DNA of 64,000 bases from a virus: IMG/VR virus record IMGVR_UViG_3300007072_000007, positions 10,245-74,244 of that record. One strand, 5' to 3'. The notes beneath the pieces were generated by a model, which saw nothing but the letters and a program-made list of their open reading frames with translations, was not told the origin of the DNA and ran no database searches. Made by a program: the position numbers and the translations under genes. Of the stretch, positions 9,016-19,434 are shown one piece after another (within the stretch, counting starts at the first letter, position 1; each line of letters opens with the position of its first letter).

Positions 9016-12000
9016 TTGAGCGACTTCGCCGCCAACGCCATCGGGTTCTACCTCGAAGTCGAGGACCGTCTGACTCCCAAGTTGCGGGCGGCGGCGAGGG
9101 AGTACCGCTCCTTCACGAAACTCCTCGACCGGCTGAACACGTCTGCCTTCCGCGCGGCAAGCAAAGGTCTGGCGCAACTGGCGAAACTGGCGGACTCCTT
9201 CGAGAACATGCCCAGGCGGGCCGTCGCCGCCTACCGCGACGTGCGCAAGGCTCTCCAGAAGGAGATGAAGCCGCTCAAGCAGGAGATCGAGGTGTCGGTC
9301 GCCGGGGCCAAAGGCGGGCGGGGGGGTCTTGCCAGAGCGATTTCCGAAGTGCTGGCGAAAGCGGTCCTGCGGCTCTCCCCAGCCGCGCCGTCCCGAAAGT
9401 CGCCCCTGTTCAAGTCCGGCTCCCCGCGACGAGCCTACCGAGGCGAGGTCCAGCCTCCTGACTACACGGGGCGCATCAGGGGGCTTCCGCGCTTCGCCGA
9501 AGGCGGCGTCGTTGGCGGGGCCGACGCGGGGGAGGACAGGATTCTCGCCTACCTGACGAAGGGCGAAATGGTCCTGACTGAGAAGATGCAGGAGGGGCTG
9601 AAGGCCATTGTCGGCGCAATCGGCAATACGGTGAACCTGCGCGGCTCCGGCGGCGGTTTCCTCGCAGGCGGCTCCAGCGAGATTGTGCAGGCGATGACGG
9701 ACTTCGAGAACGTGGTCCGCGCTCTACCGAAGATGGAAAAGGCCGCCGCAGAAATGCGGATTCCGTTGCAGGACTTCGAGGACTTCGGAGTCGCGGTCGG
9801 AGTCGTAGAGCAGGCCGTCAAGACGCTGACGAATCGGATGGTCGTCATGGACACCGCGAGCCGGAAGAAGATGCTGCCGACGCTCAAGGCGATGACGAAG
9901 CAGTTGGACCGCATGAAGGGAGTCATGGAAGGTCGGAAGGGTCTGGAGGCTATTTTCGCTCGCTTCATGCGGTTGCCGGCCATAGCCGCGGTAGCAAACC
10001 TGCTCGGCAAGGCCCAGGAGGGCGTCAGTGCGATCATGGGGGTTGTTACATCGGGGATGCAGTTGCCGGGGGCTGAGGAAATCGGCAGTTTCATCGACAA
10101 CCTGAACCGCCTACCCCGCACAATCAGGATGACCCGCGACGAACTGACCGGGTTGAAGCAGGCGGGCGCTGCGATGGCGAAGGACTTGGGCGTCCCGCTC
10201 GACATCGTGGGTGAGGCGTTCGAGTCGTTGAGCCAGGCGGGCGTCAAGGACGTGGAACTGATGAAGCGGCTGGCGGGCGCGGTGTCCCTGCTGACCACCA
10301 CGACCACCGCCTCCGGCGACGAGGTGGGGAAACTCGCCTACAAACTCGCCGCCGTCGGGAAACTGACCGAGCAGCAGATCGGCGACTTCTTCGGCATGGT
10401 CAGCGCGCTCTCGAAGCACAAGGACTTCTCCGGCGTCATCGACGCGAGCGCGATGATTCAGGGGGCGCGGGAGTCGTTCGAGGAGATGGGGGCCGTCATC
10501 CAGGATATGACGGCGGACCAGCAGAAGGCCGTCATGGACAACCTCCTGTCGATGGGCGCGGCCATCTCGACCCAGTTCGCGGGTCAGGGGGACGAGTTTA
10601 TGAAACTCGTTGCTACGATGGCTTCCGGCACGCAGGAGGGGATGCAGAAGGCGGCGACGGTGCTGGGGATGACTTCGCAGGAGGTTGCCGAATCGCTCAA
10701 GACCGCAGACGGCACGCGCAGGGTGATGGACGCCCTGCTCGGCAGGCTGGCGAACGCGACCGACCCGATGCAGATGCGCGCTCTGGCCGAAGCCCTCGGC
10801 ATCGAAGCGACCAACGAAGCCTTGGGCCGCCTCACGCGAAACGCGCAGAACATCCGCGATTCTCTGAGCACCGCCGGAGCAGCGGCCTACGGGATGGGAA
10901 AGGGTATTCAGGCGATGCAGGCGGACGTGGAGAACGTCCTGACGCCCTTCCAGAAGTTTATGAACGAGGTGATGAACCGAGCCGCCAACTTTCAGGTGTT
11001 TGGCGTCAGCGGCGCGGAAGCCCTCAACTTCCTCAAGGAGTTCAACATCACGGCGGCCTACTCCTCCGTCATGCTCGTCAAGGAGTTCGGCTCGGCCCTG
11101 CTGCAAGTCGGCATGTGGCTGGGGAATCTCGTCGTCAGCGGACTTCGTTGGGTCGGTGTGATGAAGAAGGTTTCGACCGTAGCCGGGGGTGTCGGCGCAC
11201 CTGGGGTTGGGGGTGCGGGCGGCGGAATCGCGGGGGCGGTCACGCGGGTCGGCGACGTGCTGAAGGGTGCGGTTACGGCTGTGTGGGACGCGCTGAAAAC
11301 CGTCCTGACCGGCGTGTGGGATTTCGTCGTCAAACTCGCCAAGGGGTTCGGCGAGATTCTAGGGTCCATCGGCAAGGGTGTCGGAGAAGCCCTACGCTGG
11401 ATTCTGACGGGAATCGGGCAAGGGTTGAGCGCGCTTGCTCCGGGCCTCGTCGCTCTGACCCCGGCGATTCCCGTCATGCTCGTCCTGTCTGTCGCCGTCG
11501 TCGCTCTGGGAGCCGCCCTGCGTCTGGCCGCCCCAGCGTTCGAGATGCTCCGCGACGTGATTATCTACGCGATGGACAGGGCGATGGAGACATTCTACGC
11601 GCTGATAAACCTGGACGTGGGAAAACTGCTCGCCGTCGGTCCAGCCATGATCGCCGTCGGGCTGGGTTTCTCGGCGCTCGGGTCCGGTATCCTCGTCGGT
11701 TCGGTGGCCCTCATGGCCGCCGCGCCGGGCCTGCTGGCGTTCGCCGCCGCGGTGAGCGCGATGCGCGGCATTTCCGGTTCCCAGTCGGGCGGATTCGGCG
11801 ACGTGGTGACGCAACTCGCCAGGTCGTTCGACATCGACAGCCGCGTGCTGAAGCGGGCTACCGTGGCCGCGCTGGCGACGGCTCCGTTCATGGCATCGCT
11901 GGTCGTGGCGGGCGGCGCGATCACGGCGGCGGGTGTGCTGGCGACGCTGGCGGAACTCGGAACGAGGATGAGCGAGTTGGTGGGGCTGGGCAACCCGCTG

Positions 12001-12741
12001 ACCAACCTCGCCGCCTACTCCGGCCAGATGGTTTCCGCCGTCGTGTCGGTCGCGCAGGCGTTTGCGGGCATCGACGCCGCCCTGCTGGCCAGCGCGGTCG
12101 TGTCCTTCAGCGCCGTCGTGGACTTCCTGACGAAGTACGCCGAAGTGGCGGAGCGGTTCGACAGCGTGACCGGCTCGGCTTTATCGCGCGCGGTCGATGC
12201 GGTCGGGTCGTGGGTCGGCGGAGACCAGATCAAGGATTGGCTCGCCGGCGCGTTCGGGCTGTCCGACGCCATCGGTCGCATCGCCTACTCGTTCAGCCAG
12301 TTGCGTCTGGAAGGAAACGCTCCGATGCAGCAGGCCCGCGATTTCTTCGAGGGGTATATCCGCATGGCGGAGACGGCGCAGACGGCCATGTGGGTCGCCG
12401 GGGAGCGCCTCAAGCCCCAGTGGATTGAGGGATTCGTCGCTACGTCGCTCACGCTCGCGGCCGGACTCGGAAAGGCCGCCGAAGCGTTCGGGGAAACCGC
12501 GAAGAACGTCCGGCAGAAACTAGCCGTCCAGCCGATGACATCCGCCGAGATTGCGACGCTGGTTTCCGTTCGGATCGAAGGGATGGTCAGTAGCGAGGAC
12601 GAAGGGACGCACGAGCGTCTGGACCGTCTCATTGAGGTCATGCAGGGGCTTTCGGAAAAGTCTCCGGTCGCGTCCGCAGCGCGCCGCCCTGCGGTCCCCA
12701 TTCCCGTCGGGGACGACGTGGCCGGGCTAGCGCGAGGTTGA
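9016..12741 (+). CDS. Tape measure protein
   Basis: 1241 aa, Ala/Gly-rich, helical, hydrophobic C-terminal half; FAEGGVV..DRILAYLTKGE motif; follows the chaperone genes; TTG start. Confidence 0.88.
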   Translation: MSDFAANAIGFYLEVEDRLTPKLRAAAREYRSFTKLLDRLNTSAFRAASKGLAQLAKLADSFENMPRRAVAAYRDVRKALQKEMKPLKQEIEVSVAGAKGGRGGLARAISEVLAKAVLRLSPAAPSRKSPLFKSGSPRRAYRGEVQPPDYTGRIRGLPRFAEGGVVGGADAGEDRILAYLTKGEMVLTEKMQEGLKAIVGAIGNTVNLRGSGGGFLAGGSSEIVQAMTDFENVVRALPKMEKAAAEMRIPLQDFEDFGVAVGVVEQAVKTLTNRMVVMDTASRKKMLPTLKAMTKQLDRMKGVMEGRKGLEAIFARFMRLPAIAAVANLLGKAQEGVSAIMGVVTSGMQLPGAEEIGSFIDNLNRLPRTIRMTRDELTGLKQAGAAMAKDLGVPLDIVGEAFESLSQAGVKDVELMKRLAGAVSLLTTTTTASGDEVGKLAYKLAAVGKLTEQQIGDFFGMVSALSKHKDFSGVIDASAMIQGARESFEEMGAVIQDMTADQQKAVMDNLLSMGAAISTQFAGQGDEFMKLVATMASGTQEGMQKAATVLGMTSQEVAESLKTADGTRRVMDALLGRLANATDPMQMRALAEALGIEATNEALGRLTRNAQNIRDSLSTAGAAAYGMGKGIQAMQADVENVLTPFQKFMNEVMNRAANFQVFGVSGAEALNFLKEFNITAAYSSVMLVKEFGSALLQVGMWLGNLVVSGLRWVGVMKKVSTVAGGVGAPGVGGAGGGIAGAVTRVGDVLKGAVTAVWDALKTVLTGVWDFVVKLAKGFGEILGSIGKGVGEALRWILTGIGQGLSALAPGLVALTPAIPVMLVLSVAVVALGAALRLAAPAFEMLRDVIIYAMDRAMETFYALINLDVGKLLAVGPAMIAVGLGFSALGSGILVGSVALMAAAPGLLAFAAAVSAMRGISGSQSGGFGDVVTQLARSFDIDSRVLKRATVAALATAPFMASLVVAGGAITAAGVLATLAELGTRMSELVGLGNPLTNLAAYSGQMVSAVVSVAQAFAGIDAALLASAVVSFSAVVDFLTKYAEVAERFDSVTGSALSRAVDAVGSWVGGDQIKDWLAGAFGLSDAIGRIAYSFSQLRLEGNAPMQQARDFFEGYIRMAETAQTAMWVAGERLKPQWIEGFVATSLTLAAGLGKAAEAFGETAKNVRQKLAVQPMTSAEIATLVSVRIEGMVSSEDEGTHERLDRLIEVMQGLSEKSPVASAARRPAVPIPVGDDVAGLARG

Positions 12742-12742
12742 T

Positions 12743-13564
12743 ATGCCTGCCGGAGAAACGCCGTATCCGAACACCGACTACATGGATGTTCGCATCGTCC
12801 TCGACCCGTTCTGGCTGGCGAAAACGTACAGTGCGCACACCTATCAATCGCTCTGGGAAAACAGGTTCGGGGACGATTTCGGAGTCAGCGGATTCAGCCG
12901 GTTTCCGAACTCCATGAACACGTATAACTCATCCGACAACGCCATCCCGGTCGAGTTCATCGCTACCTACTGCAACATCACGGAAGAAGGGTTCGAGGAG
13001 CAGCAGGGCGTCGCGTATTCGCCAACGGATGTGGCGGGTCGGGAGGAGGCGTATCAGACCTACCAATCCGGCGAGAACCGACAGGTCTCGCTCACGTTCA
13101 AGTTTCAGGCGTTGGCGAAAGACCCGCTCGGTCCGCGCGACGAAGAGGCGGCGTCGCTCGGCGAGGACGTGCAATCGCCGTTTCAAGTCATGTTCTGGGC
13201 GCGGTGGCTTGGGCTTCTCAAGGAGAGGGTTTACTACCAGACGGAGGGAACCTATTTCACGTTCGGTCCCCCGCCTGTGCTGCTGAAAATCGGGTCTCTG
13301 CTGGTCATGCGGGCCGTCTGTACGGGGGCTGATATCACATGGCAACCCCCGTTCGAGTTGCCCTACATGCTTCCGCATGGGGCGGACGTGGCCTGCACGT
13401 TCGTTTCCGTGATGGCTCCGCCGCCATACGGAACCCCGGAAGACCCCGATACTTATGTGCCGGAGTATCGTCTGCATCCGACGGTAGCGAACCTCCTGCA
13501 AGGAGTGCCCCGGTACAACCAGCGCGTGCAGTTCTTCGGCGGATTCGGCTGGAGGAGCGCGTGA
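12743..13564 (+). CDS. Putative tail tube initiator / baseplate protein
   Basis: YSPTDVAGREEAYQTYQSGENRQVSLTFKF, PPPVLLKIG and LPHGADVACTF; follows the tape measure gene. Confidence 0.7.
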   Translation: MPAGETPYPNTDYMDVRIVLDPFWLAKTYSAHTYQSLWENRFGDDFGVSGFSRFPNSMNTYNSSDNAIPVEFIATYCNITEEGFEEQQGVAYSPTDVAGREEAYQTYQSGENRQVSLTFKFQALAKDPLGPRDEEAASLGEDVQSPFQVMFWARWLGLLKERVYYQTEGTYFTFGPPPVLLKIGSLLVMRAVCTGADITWQPPFELPYMLPHGADVACTFVSVMAPPPYGTPEDPDTYVPEYRLHPTVANLLQGVPRYNQRVQFFGGFGWRSA

Positions 13565-14931
13565 ACGCCTATCGGACGAGAAGGAAGGACGGGTTTGCGC
13601 CTGTCTTCTTCAGCGGTTACATCGCGGGGCCGGACGGGGCGGTGCTGTTTCATCTCCAGACCGAGCATTTCGTCAGCCTGTCCGTCAGCACGACGGGAAA
13701 GTCGGCGTGGACGGGGACGCTCTCGCTGGTGGACCGCTACGGTGTCGGCATGTCCAGGGCCGTTTACACGCCGGGGCAGTGTACCGTGGTGATGAGATGG
13801 AGGTTCGACGATCCGTGGAGCGACGATGATACCGACGCCCTGACCTACAAGGGTCTCATCGCCAGGCCGTCTCTCAGGTTTACGGCGGAAGGCATCACCG
13901 CCGACCTGGAACTGGTCGGTATCGAATCGGTCGATGCCCGTCTTGGCGCGGAGAGCGTACCCCGCGAGTTCGCGGGCAAGTCCGCCTCGGAAGTGGTCGA
14001 GGCCATCTGTACCGCGATGAGTTCGCTGCGCCCCGGAACCTTCTGGCATGAACCCGTCATTCAGGAGTCGGACGACTACCCGACCGACTGGGTGATTCCG
14101 TCAGGGCAGAGCCATTGGGATTTCATCAACTCGACGCTGTTGGAGTCGGCGTGCAAGGCGATGTTTCCGCCCGGCGAATCCGACCGCTGCGTGGGGTTCG
14201 ACCCGTTCGTTTGCTACGTGGACCCCCGTCAGAACCGACTGCATTTCCACACCGCGAAGTATGACCCGGAATCGGGGTCCGATACGAGTTACCGCATGGA
14301 AACCGGCGAGTACGTCGTCTATGCCGACGGGGCCGGAGACGTGATTTCTTTCGACCCCGAAGATGCGGCAGTTCAGGCACTTCTGGCGGGGGGATTGAGT
14401 TATCGCGGAACTGGCGTGAACTCCGACGACGGGCGGCCGGTGGATTTGGCGTATTACGCTACGGCAGGGGTCGAACGCAACCCCACGACGTTCGACGGGG
14501 CTGGAGTGCGCACGTCCCACGAGGAGGCGGTTCACGCCATCGACTACACCAAGCAGACCGCAAACGCCAAGCCGGTCGCCGGGCGGACGGAACAGCACGT
14601 TCTCGGTGCGGCGCGCGCCGAGGGCGGCGCGGCGACGATGGGGCTGCTGAAGGCCGACCTGACGGTGAAGGGAACGCACGACCATTCGTTCTTCGACATC
14701 ATCTACGTTCGGTACTTCGACCACACGGGAGCAAAGAACTATCTGTCCGGGTTCTACTCCATCGTCGGAATCGAGCATGAGGTGAGCGGAAACGGCTGGA
14801 CGACGAGACTTTCGCTGGTCCGGTCGGGGTTCCGGCGGACGACGGGGGCGACGCAGCAGGTCGGTTCGACCCCAGGCGGGGCAGGAAGTGCCGAGTTCTA
14901 CGCTTACGAGCCTGGGGATCAGGAATCCTGA
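13561..14931 (+). CDS. Baseplate hub protein (gp27 / P2 gpD-like)
   Basis: GQSHWDFI, ADLTVKG and YLSGFYSIVGIEHEVSGNGWTTRLSLVR; GTG start overlapping upstream stop. Confidence 0.75.
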   Translation: MNAYRTRRKDGFAPVFFSGYIAGPDGAVLFHLQTEHFVSLSVSTTGKSAWTGTLSLVDRYGVGMSRAVYTPGQCTVVMRWRFDDPWSDDDTDALTYKGLIARPSLRFTAEGITADLELVGIESVDARLGAESVPREFAGKSASEVVEAICTAMSSLRPGTFWHEPVIQESDDYPTDWVIPSGQSHWDFINSTLLESACKAMFPPGESDRCVGFDPFVCYVDPRQNRLHFHTAKYDPESGSDTSYRMETGEYVVYADGAGDVISFDPEDAAVQALLAGGLSYRGTGVNSDDGRPVDLAYYATAGVERNPTTFDGAGVRTSHEEAVHAIDYTKQTANAKPVAGRTEQHVLGAARAEGGAATMGLLKADLTVKGTHDHSFFDIIYVRYFDHTGAKNYLSGFYSIVGIEHEVSGNGWTTRLSLVRSGFRRTTGATQQVGSTPGGAGSAEFYAYEPGDQES

Positions 14932-16835
14932 TGAAGCGATACGACGGCATTTACCGTGGCATCGTCCTCGGCGTTCACGACGAGGAGGGCCGTGGGCGCG
15001 TGCAGGTAGCCGTTTACGGGGTGCATTACCCTGAACTGACGACGTGGGAATGGACCGCATCGGGGGAGCAGCAGGTGGTCAGGCGGGCTGCGCCGTCGTG
15101 GGAACACGCCGAGGTTCAGATTCTCCCGGATTCGAGTACGACCGAATCTCCGTTCGAGTGCTACCCCTGGGCCGAAGTCATCTCACCGAGTTCGTGTCTC
15201 GCCGGTCTCCATGTAACCCTGCGCGAAGGCGACCTCGTGTTCGTCGTGTTCGAGCGTGGCGATGTCCGCTACCCCCTGGTTCTGGGCGGGTGGATTAGTT
15301 GCCGAGGCGGTCTGCGCGACCATCCGCCCGAAGCGGACGGGTTCGAGTCGGAAACCCAGGGCGGACTCCGGCACACGCTGGAAGCCCCGTCCGGCGCGCT
15401 GTTCGACGCATCCGGCGCTAGCGCCGAAGGGGTGGCGCGCGTCGCTGTCCCAGGAACCGAGTTCGTCTCGGAAGCCGCTACCGGCAGTATTGACGTGTCC
15501 GTGCTGGGGATGTTTCGCGTTCGAGGCGGGGCGGCATCGTTCTTCAACGAGGCGTTCTTCGTGGCCTCGAAGGACGTGATTCTGGATGCCTGCGACAAAG
15601 CCCCTTACGACATCGAGGACCACCGGCCCCTGCTCGGCCTCTATTCGACGTGGGAAGCCGATTTCTACGCGGCCGACGCCATCCACATCGGGCAAATCCT
15701 TCGGCGGAGGTTCGCCGAAATCCCGCCTTCCGATTACGAGCGAAACGATTTCCAGCAGTCCCGCCTGACGTGGGTTGCGCCGAAACTGCTGGCGTTGGGG
15801 TGTGTCAGGGGCGAGTCCGGCGTCCTGGAGTGGTCCACCTTCCCCGAATCGGCGGTCGATATGCACTCTACGGAGCGCGTCGCGGTGCAGGCGACCGACA
15901 GCGTTTCCGTCATCGTGCGCGGCTCGGAGAGCGTCGGGATGAACTACGGCCTGCTGGGGCTTTACTCCGATTTCTCGGCGGAGATTCACGCGACCCAGCG
16001 GGTCTGGCTGGGGCAGTATGTGGACTTGGGCGAGGGGCGAGTCTATCCCGTGCGCCAAAGCAACGTGGTCTTGGCGAACGGAGCGCGCACGGTGATCGGG
16101 GGGTTGAGGGCAGACTGCTTTCAGCACGCGGACTGGCTCAACGGATTCGTGTCTGGTGCGGACGCATCCGTCTCTCCGCGGGACTACCCCCTCAAGATTC
16201 ACGCCGACGACAGGGTGGCGGAGTCCGTCAGTACGCCTTACTCCGAGATGTGGGCGTCTGTCCTCATTCAGATTCGCACCGAAACCGAAGAACCGTCCAC
16301 CTACGAACAGACGTGCCCTCCCATCACCACGGACGACCTGCGCGGCGGCGACGTTTTCATCTGGGGTCGGCGGGTCATCGTGCAGGGGACCGAGGATGTT
16401 CTTTTCTACCCAGGCGTGCTGACCGTGTGGGATTCGGACAGCGCGGGGGGCCGTGTGAACGTGCTGAAGTTCACGGACTGGAACGTGGATGTAACCATCA
16501 ACGAGTGCGTCGCCGAGGTGTCCGTCAGGTCGGCAGTCACCGTGAAAATCACCGGAAATGCTACAGGGGGAGGAAAGTATTTCGGCCGGGTGTTGACTGG
16601 TCCTTCGACGGCTGGGGAGGCGACCGACCTTTCCATGCCGGAAGGTCGCGGCGTTCCGACGGCGGACAACGCGCTCGTCCTCAATCTCGTCGAGAACGGC
16701 AGCGGCGGGCATGAGTTGGCGTCGGGGACGTTTCACATCGGCCTCATCGTCGGGCGTGTCGTGGACGGGGCATACGACGGCTACTTCATCGTTGAAATCG
16801 AAGCCCTGGCTGGCGAAGACTGCTCGGAGGCGTGA
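14931..16835 (+). CDS. Baseplate central spike (gp5 / gpV OB-fold) with long C-terminal extension
   Basis: YDGIYRGIV..DEEGRGRVQV, PWAE and GDLVFVVFERGDVRYPLVLG motifs. Confidence 0.82.
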   Translation: MKRYDGIYRGIVLGVHDEEGRGRVQVAVYGVHYPELTTWEWTASGEQQVVRRAAPSWEHAEVQILPDSSTTESPFECYPWAEVISPSSCLAGLHVTLREGDLVFVVFERGDVRYPLVLGGWISCRGGLRDHPPEADGFESETQGGLRHTLEAPSGALFDASGASAEGVARVAVPGTEFVSEAATGSIDVSVLGMFRVRGGAASFFNEAFFVASKDVILDACDKAPYDIEDHRPLLGLYSTWEADFYAADAIHIGQILRRRFAEIPPSDYERNDFQQSRLTWVAPKLLALGCVRGESGVLEWSTFPESAVDMHSTERVAVQATDSVSVIVRGSESVGMNYGLLGLYSDFSAEIHATQRVWLGQYVDLGEGRVYPVRQSNVVLANGARTVIGGLRADCFQHADWLNGFVSGADASVSPRDYPLKIHADDRVAESVSTPYSEMWASVLIQIRTETEEPSTYEQTCPPITTDDLRGGDVFIWGRRVIVQGTEDVLFYPGVLTVWDSDSAGGRVNVLKFTDWNVDVTINECVAEVSVRSAVTVKITGNATGGGKYFGRVLTGPSTAGEATDLSMPEGRGVPTADNALVLNLVENGSGGHELASGTFHIGLIVGRVVDGAYDGYFIVEIEALAGEDCSEA

Positions 16836-17521
16836 TGGCTTACCAGCGTCCTCGAACTGGCGTTTACAAACGGCTCGCGGGCCGAAAGGCGACGTATCTG
16901 CGCCCGCAGGAGGGTGGCCGGTGCTGCTGTGCGTCCGACTGTGATTGCGACCATGCTACCGTCGAACTGGTCCTCTCCGGCGTTACGGTGTGCGGGTACT
17001 GCTCGTCATATACCAGCCATGCCGACCTGAACGACTATTCATTCGAGATATCCTCGGCCCCGAACGGAACGCTCACGTTGCAGAGGTGCTATGGCGTCTG
17101 CGCCTACGCATGGCAGGAGCGGGACGGGATTCCCGACGCAGGAGCGGCAACCTTCTACGACTCCACAAACTGCAATGAGAGCGGAGACCTCTATGTGTGT
17201 TCGGGGTACAACCGCGCTCTGGTCTGGGAGGTTGCGGCTGGGTTCTACCTGTGCCTTCTCGTCCTGGTCATCACCGACAAGGGGGGCGCTCCGGCGCGGA
17301 TGGGAGTTCCTGATTACATCGTCCAAGCCATATCGCAGGTGACGTACACGTCCTGCACGGAGGACAGTACGGTGGAGAGCAATACTTATACGTCGAGCGG
17401 CGATTGCGGGACTTACCTCGCGGTCGAGCCGCTGGACCCCTGGATTGGCGACGGAGCGTGCCAGTTCAATAGCGTAGCGATGGTCGGCGGGTGGGGAGGT
17501 ACGCTTCAGGTGAGGCAGTGA
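16832..17521 (+). CDS. Cys-rich hypothetical tail-associated protein
   Basis: RCCCASDCDC near N-terminus; coupled to the spike gene. Confidence 0.65.
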   Translation: MMAYQRPRTGVYKRLAGRKATYLRPQEGGRCCCASDCDCDHATVELVLSGVTVCGYCSSYTSHADLNDYSFEISSAPNGTLTLQRCYGVCAYAWQERDGIPDAGAATFYDSTNCNESGDLYVCSGYNRALVWEVAAGFYLCLLVLVITDKGGAPARMGVPDYIVQAISQVTYTSCTEDSTVESNTYTSSGDCGTYLAVEPLDPWIGDGACQFNSVAMVGGWGGTLQVRQ

Positions 17522-17742
17522 TGGCGTGCTGTCGAAAAGTCATTCATGGCGTGGTCGGCTTGGCGAAGGCGGCGGCCGGCATCGACCGGACCGACGAACA
17601 GACACGAAACGTCAGGCGTGAAACGTGCAAGGCGTGTCCGCACTACCGCCCAGGACCGACCGCGCGGTGTGGCGTATGCGGGTGTGTGCTGTGGGCGAAG
17701 GTTTCGCTTCAGTCGGAGACGTGCCCGGAAGGAAGGTGGTAG
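17521..17742 (+). CDS. Small Cys-rich protein (DUF6171-like)
   Basis: R..CKAC..CGVCGC.L.AK..CPEGRW pattern. Confidence 0.7.
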   Translation: MACCRKVIHGVVGLAKAAAGIDRTDEQTRNVRRETCKACPHYRPGPTARCGVCGCVLWAKVSLQSETCPEGRW

Positions 17743-17745
17743 TCG

Positions 17746-18774
17746 ATGCCCTCCAACAGTTTCGTTCGCAAAGGAGTGCAGGCGCGGTTGACGCGCGCGT
17801 ACCTCCGGTTGAAGGCGGCTAAATCCCTGCTGGTCGAGGCGGACCGGATGCTCTATCAGCGCGCCCAGTTTGTCGCCAAAGGGTCGTCCTTCGCCGGGAT
17901 GGAATCGCTCTACGCGACTCTGACCCGGACGGCGGCGGACAAGCATACCGTATCGGTCGAAACGGCCGATGAGCACCACCTGCGCGAACGGAGCCTCTTT
18001 TGGGTCGAGGCCGATTCGTCGCCGACGCTGTTCAACGGGAAGTTCACGGTAGCCCGTCGTTCCGGGAGCACGAACTTCTCCTATCGTTTCACCGTTCCCG
18101 CAGGGGACGTGTCCGCATCGGGAACGATTTACAGGCTGAACGTCGATAACGTGTTTTTCAACGCGCGCTCCTACTTCACCGCGCCGGAGCCGCGATACGA
18201 CCCGTCGTGGCTCGTTGATTCCGTATCGGGCGTTATGGGTTCTCTGATGCGGTTGGGGTATCCGACTTCCGATGACGCTCCCCTCTACTCCGAAGGGATA
18301 CAGGATTTCATCGACACGGCTTCCGACCCGACGCTCCTGAACTGGTGTCGGGGGGCCGAACTCCTGCCGAGGCTGGCGGAATATCGCCAGCGGCAGGACT
18401 ACGACGAGCGCCCCGACCGAATCCTGCTTATCGGCGCGATGTCCGTCCTTGCGCGCCTGTACCGGCTGGGGATGTATCGGGACAGGGTGGAGCACATCTC
18501 GACGATGCAGGACAAACTGGACAATGAGGAGACGCCGGAGTTCGACTTCAAGGGCCTGGCGACTACTCTGACGTTTGACTCAGGCGGCGATTCGTTCCTG
18601 TTTCAGACAACCGTCGATGGGGTGCCGACGCCCGGTTCTGGGGTTATTGATTTGCTCCGCGACGCCGACGTGCGCCTTCGGGAGAACGCGAAGGTCGTCG
18701 GTTCTCCCCTGCCCAACACGATTTTCGCGGAACCCGTGCCGGACGAATACAATCCCCGTCCGACATCGGATTGA
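17746..18774 (+). CDS. Hypothetical (probable virion) protein
   Basis: 342-aa ORF continuing the tail operon. Confidence 0.7.
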   Translation: MPSNSFVRKGVQARLTRAYLRLKAAKSLLVEADRMLYQRAQFVAKGSSFAGMESLYATLTRTAADKHTVSVETADEHHLRERSLFWVEADSSPTLFNGKFTVARRSGSTNFSYRFTVPAGDVSASGTIYRLNVDNVFFNARSYFTAPEPRYDPSWLVDSVSGVMGSLMRLGYPTSDDAPLYSEGIQDFIDTASDPTLLNWCRGAELLPRLAEYRQRQDYDERPDRILLIGAMSVLARLYRLGMYRDRVEHISTMQDKLDNEETPEFDFKGLATTLTFDSGGDSFLFQTTVDGVPTPGSGVIDLLRDADVRLRENAKVVGSPLPNTIFAEPVPDEYNPRPTSD

Positions 18775-18826
18775 CGCCGATACGTTCAACTAGCGATAAT
18801 GCGATTGACTACCTAAAGGAGGTTCG

Positions 18827-19399
18827 ATGTTTTCGTTCGCCGAAGCCGCCCCGTCGTTCTCGTGGACAGAACTCATCACGTCTGTCGTGATGCTCGTCAT
18901 CACGGCTTTTCTCGTCCCGTTCCTGCGGCGGCGCGCGGCGGCGGCGAAGGCGGAGGCCGACAAACTCGCTGCCGAGACGACGAATACGGACATCCGCACG
19001 ATGGAGGTGCTGGTCCACCGGCTCAAGCAATACCTGTGGGGTAGCGCGGAGGCGATTGCCGAGCGGGAGTTCCCGAAACTGGCCGCGCGAATCAACAGTG
19101 GCGAACTCAAGTCGGTAACTGATGTGAAGGCGGTTCTCCACGGCTGGGGGGCGGTCCTGAAACAGCAGGCCATCGACTACTTCCAGACGCAGGGCGTGGA
19201 CCTGATTGCGGCGGTCGGGGACAAGGCTCTCGACAGGCTCATCGAACGAGCCGCCAACGCCGTCAGCCCGTTCCCCGGCAAGGATACGGCAGTCGCGCTG
19301 CTGCGCGACAACGTAACGGATGCGCTCATCGGGAAGGGCGTGGAATGGGTCCGGCGACGCTACCTGTCCGAACCCACCGGCGAGAACGCGCCGACCTAG
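18827..19399 (+). CDS. Membrane protein, putative holin
   Basis: SD AAGGAGG; N-terminal TM helix LITSVVMLVITAFLVPFL followed by RRR. Confidence 0.55.
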   Translation: MFSFAEAAPSFSWTELITSVVMLVITAFLVPFLRRRAAAAKAEADKLAAETTNTDIRTMEVLVHRLKQYLWGSAEAIAEREFPKLAARINSGELKSVTDVKAVLHGWGAVLKQQAIDYFQTQGVDLIAAVGDKALDRLIERAANAVSPFPGKDTAVALLRDNVTDALIGKGVEWVRRRYLSEPTGENAPT

Positions 19400-19406
19400 G
19401 TTTGGC

Positions 19407-19423
19407 ATTTACGCAGCGTAAAT
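19407..19423. repeat. 17-bp palindrome ATTTACGCAGCGTAAAT
   Basis: Read directly; intergenic. Confidence 0.97.
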
Positions 19424-19434
19424 CGGAGCAGGGT

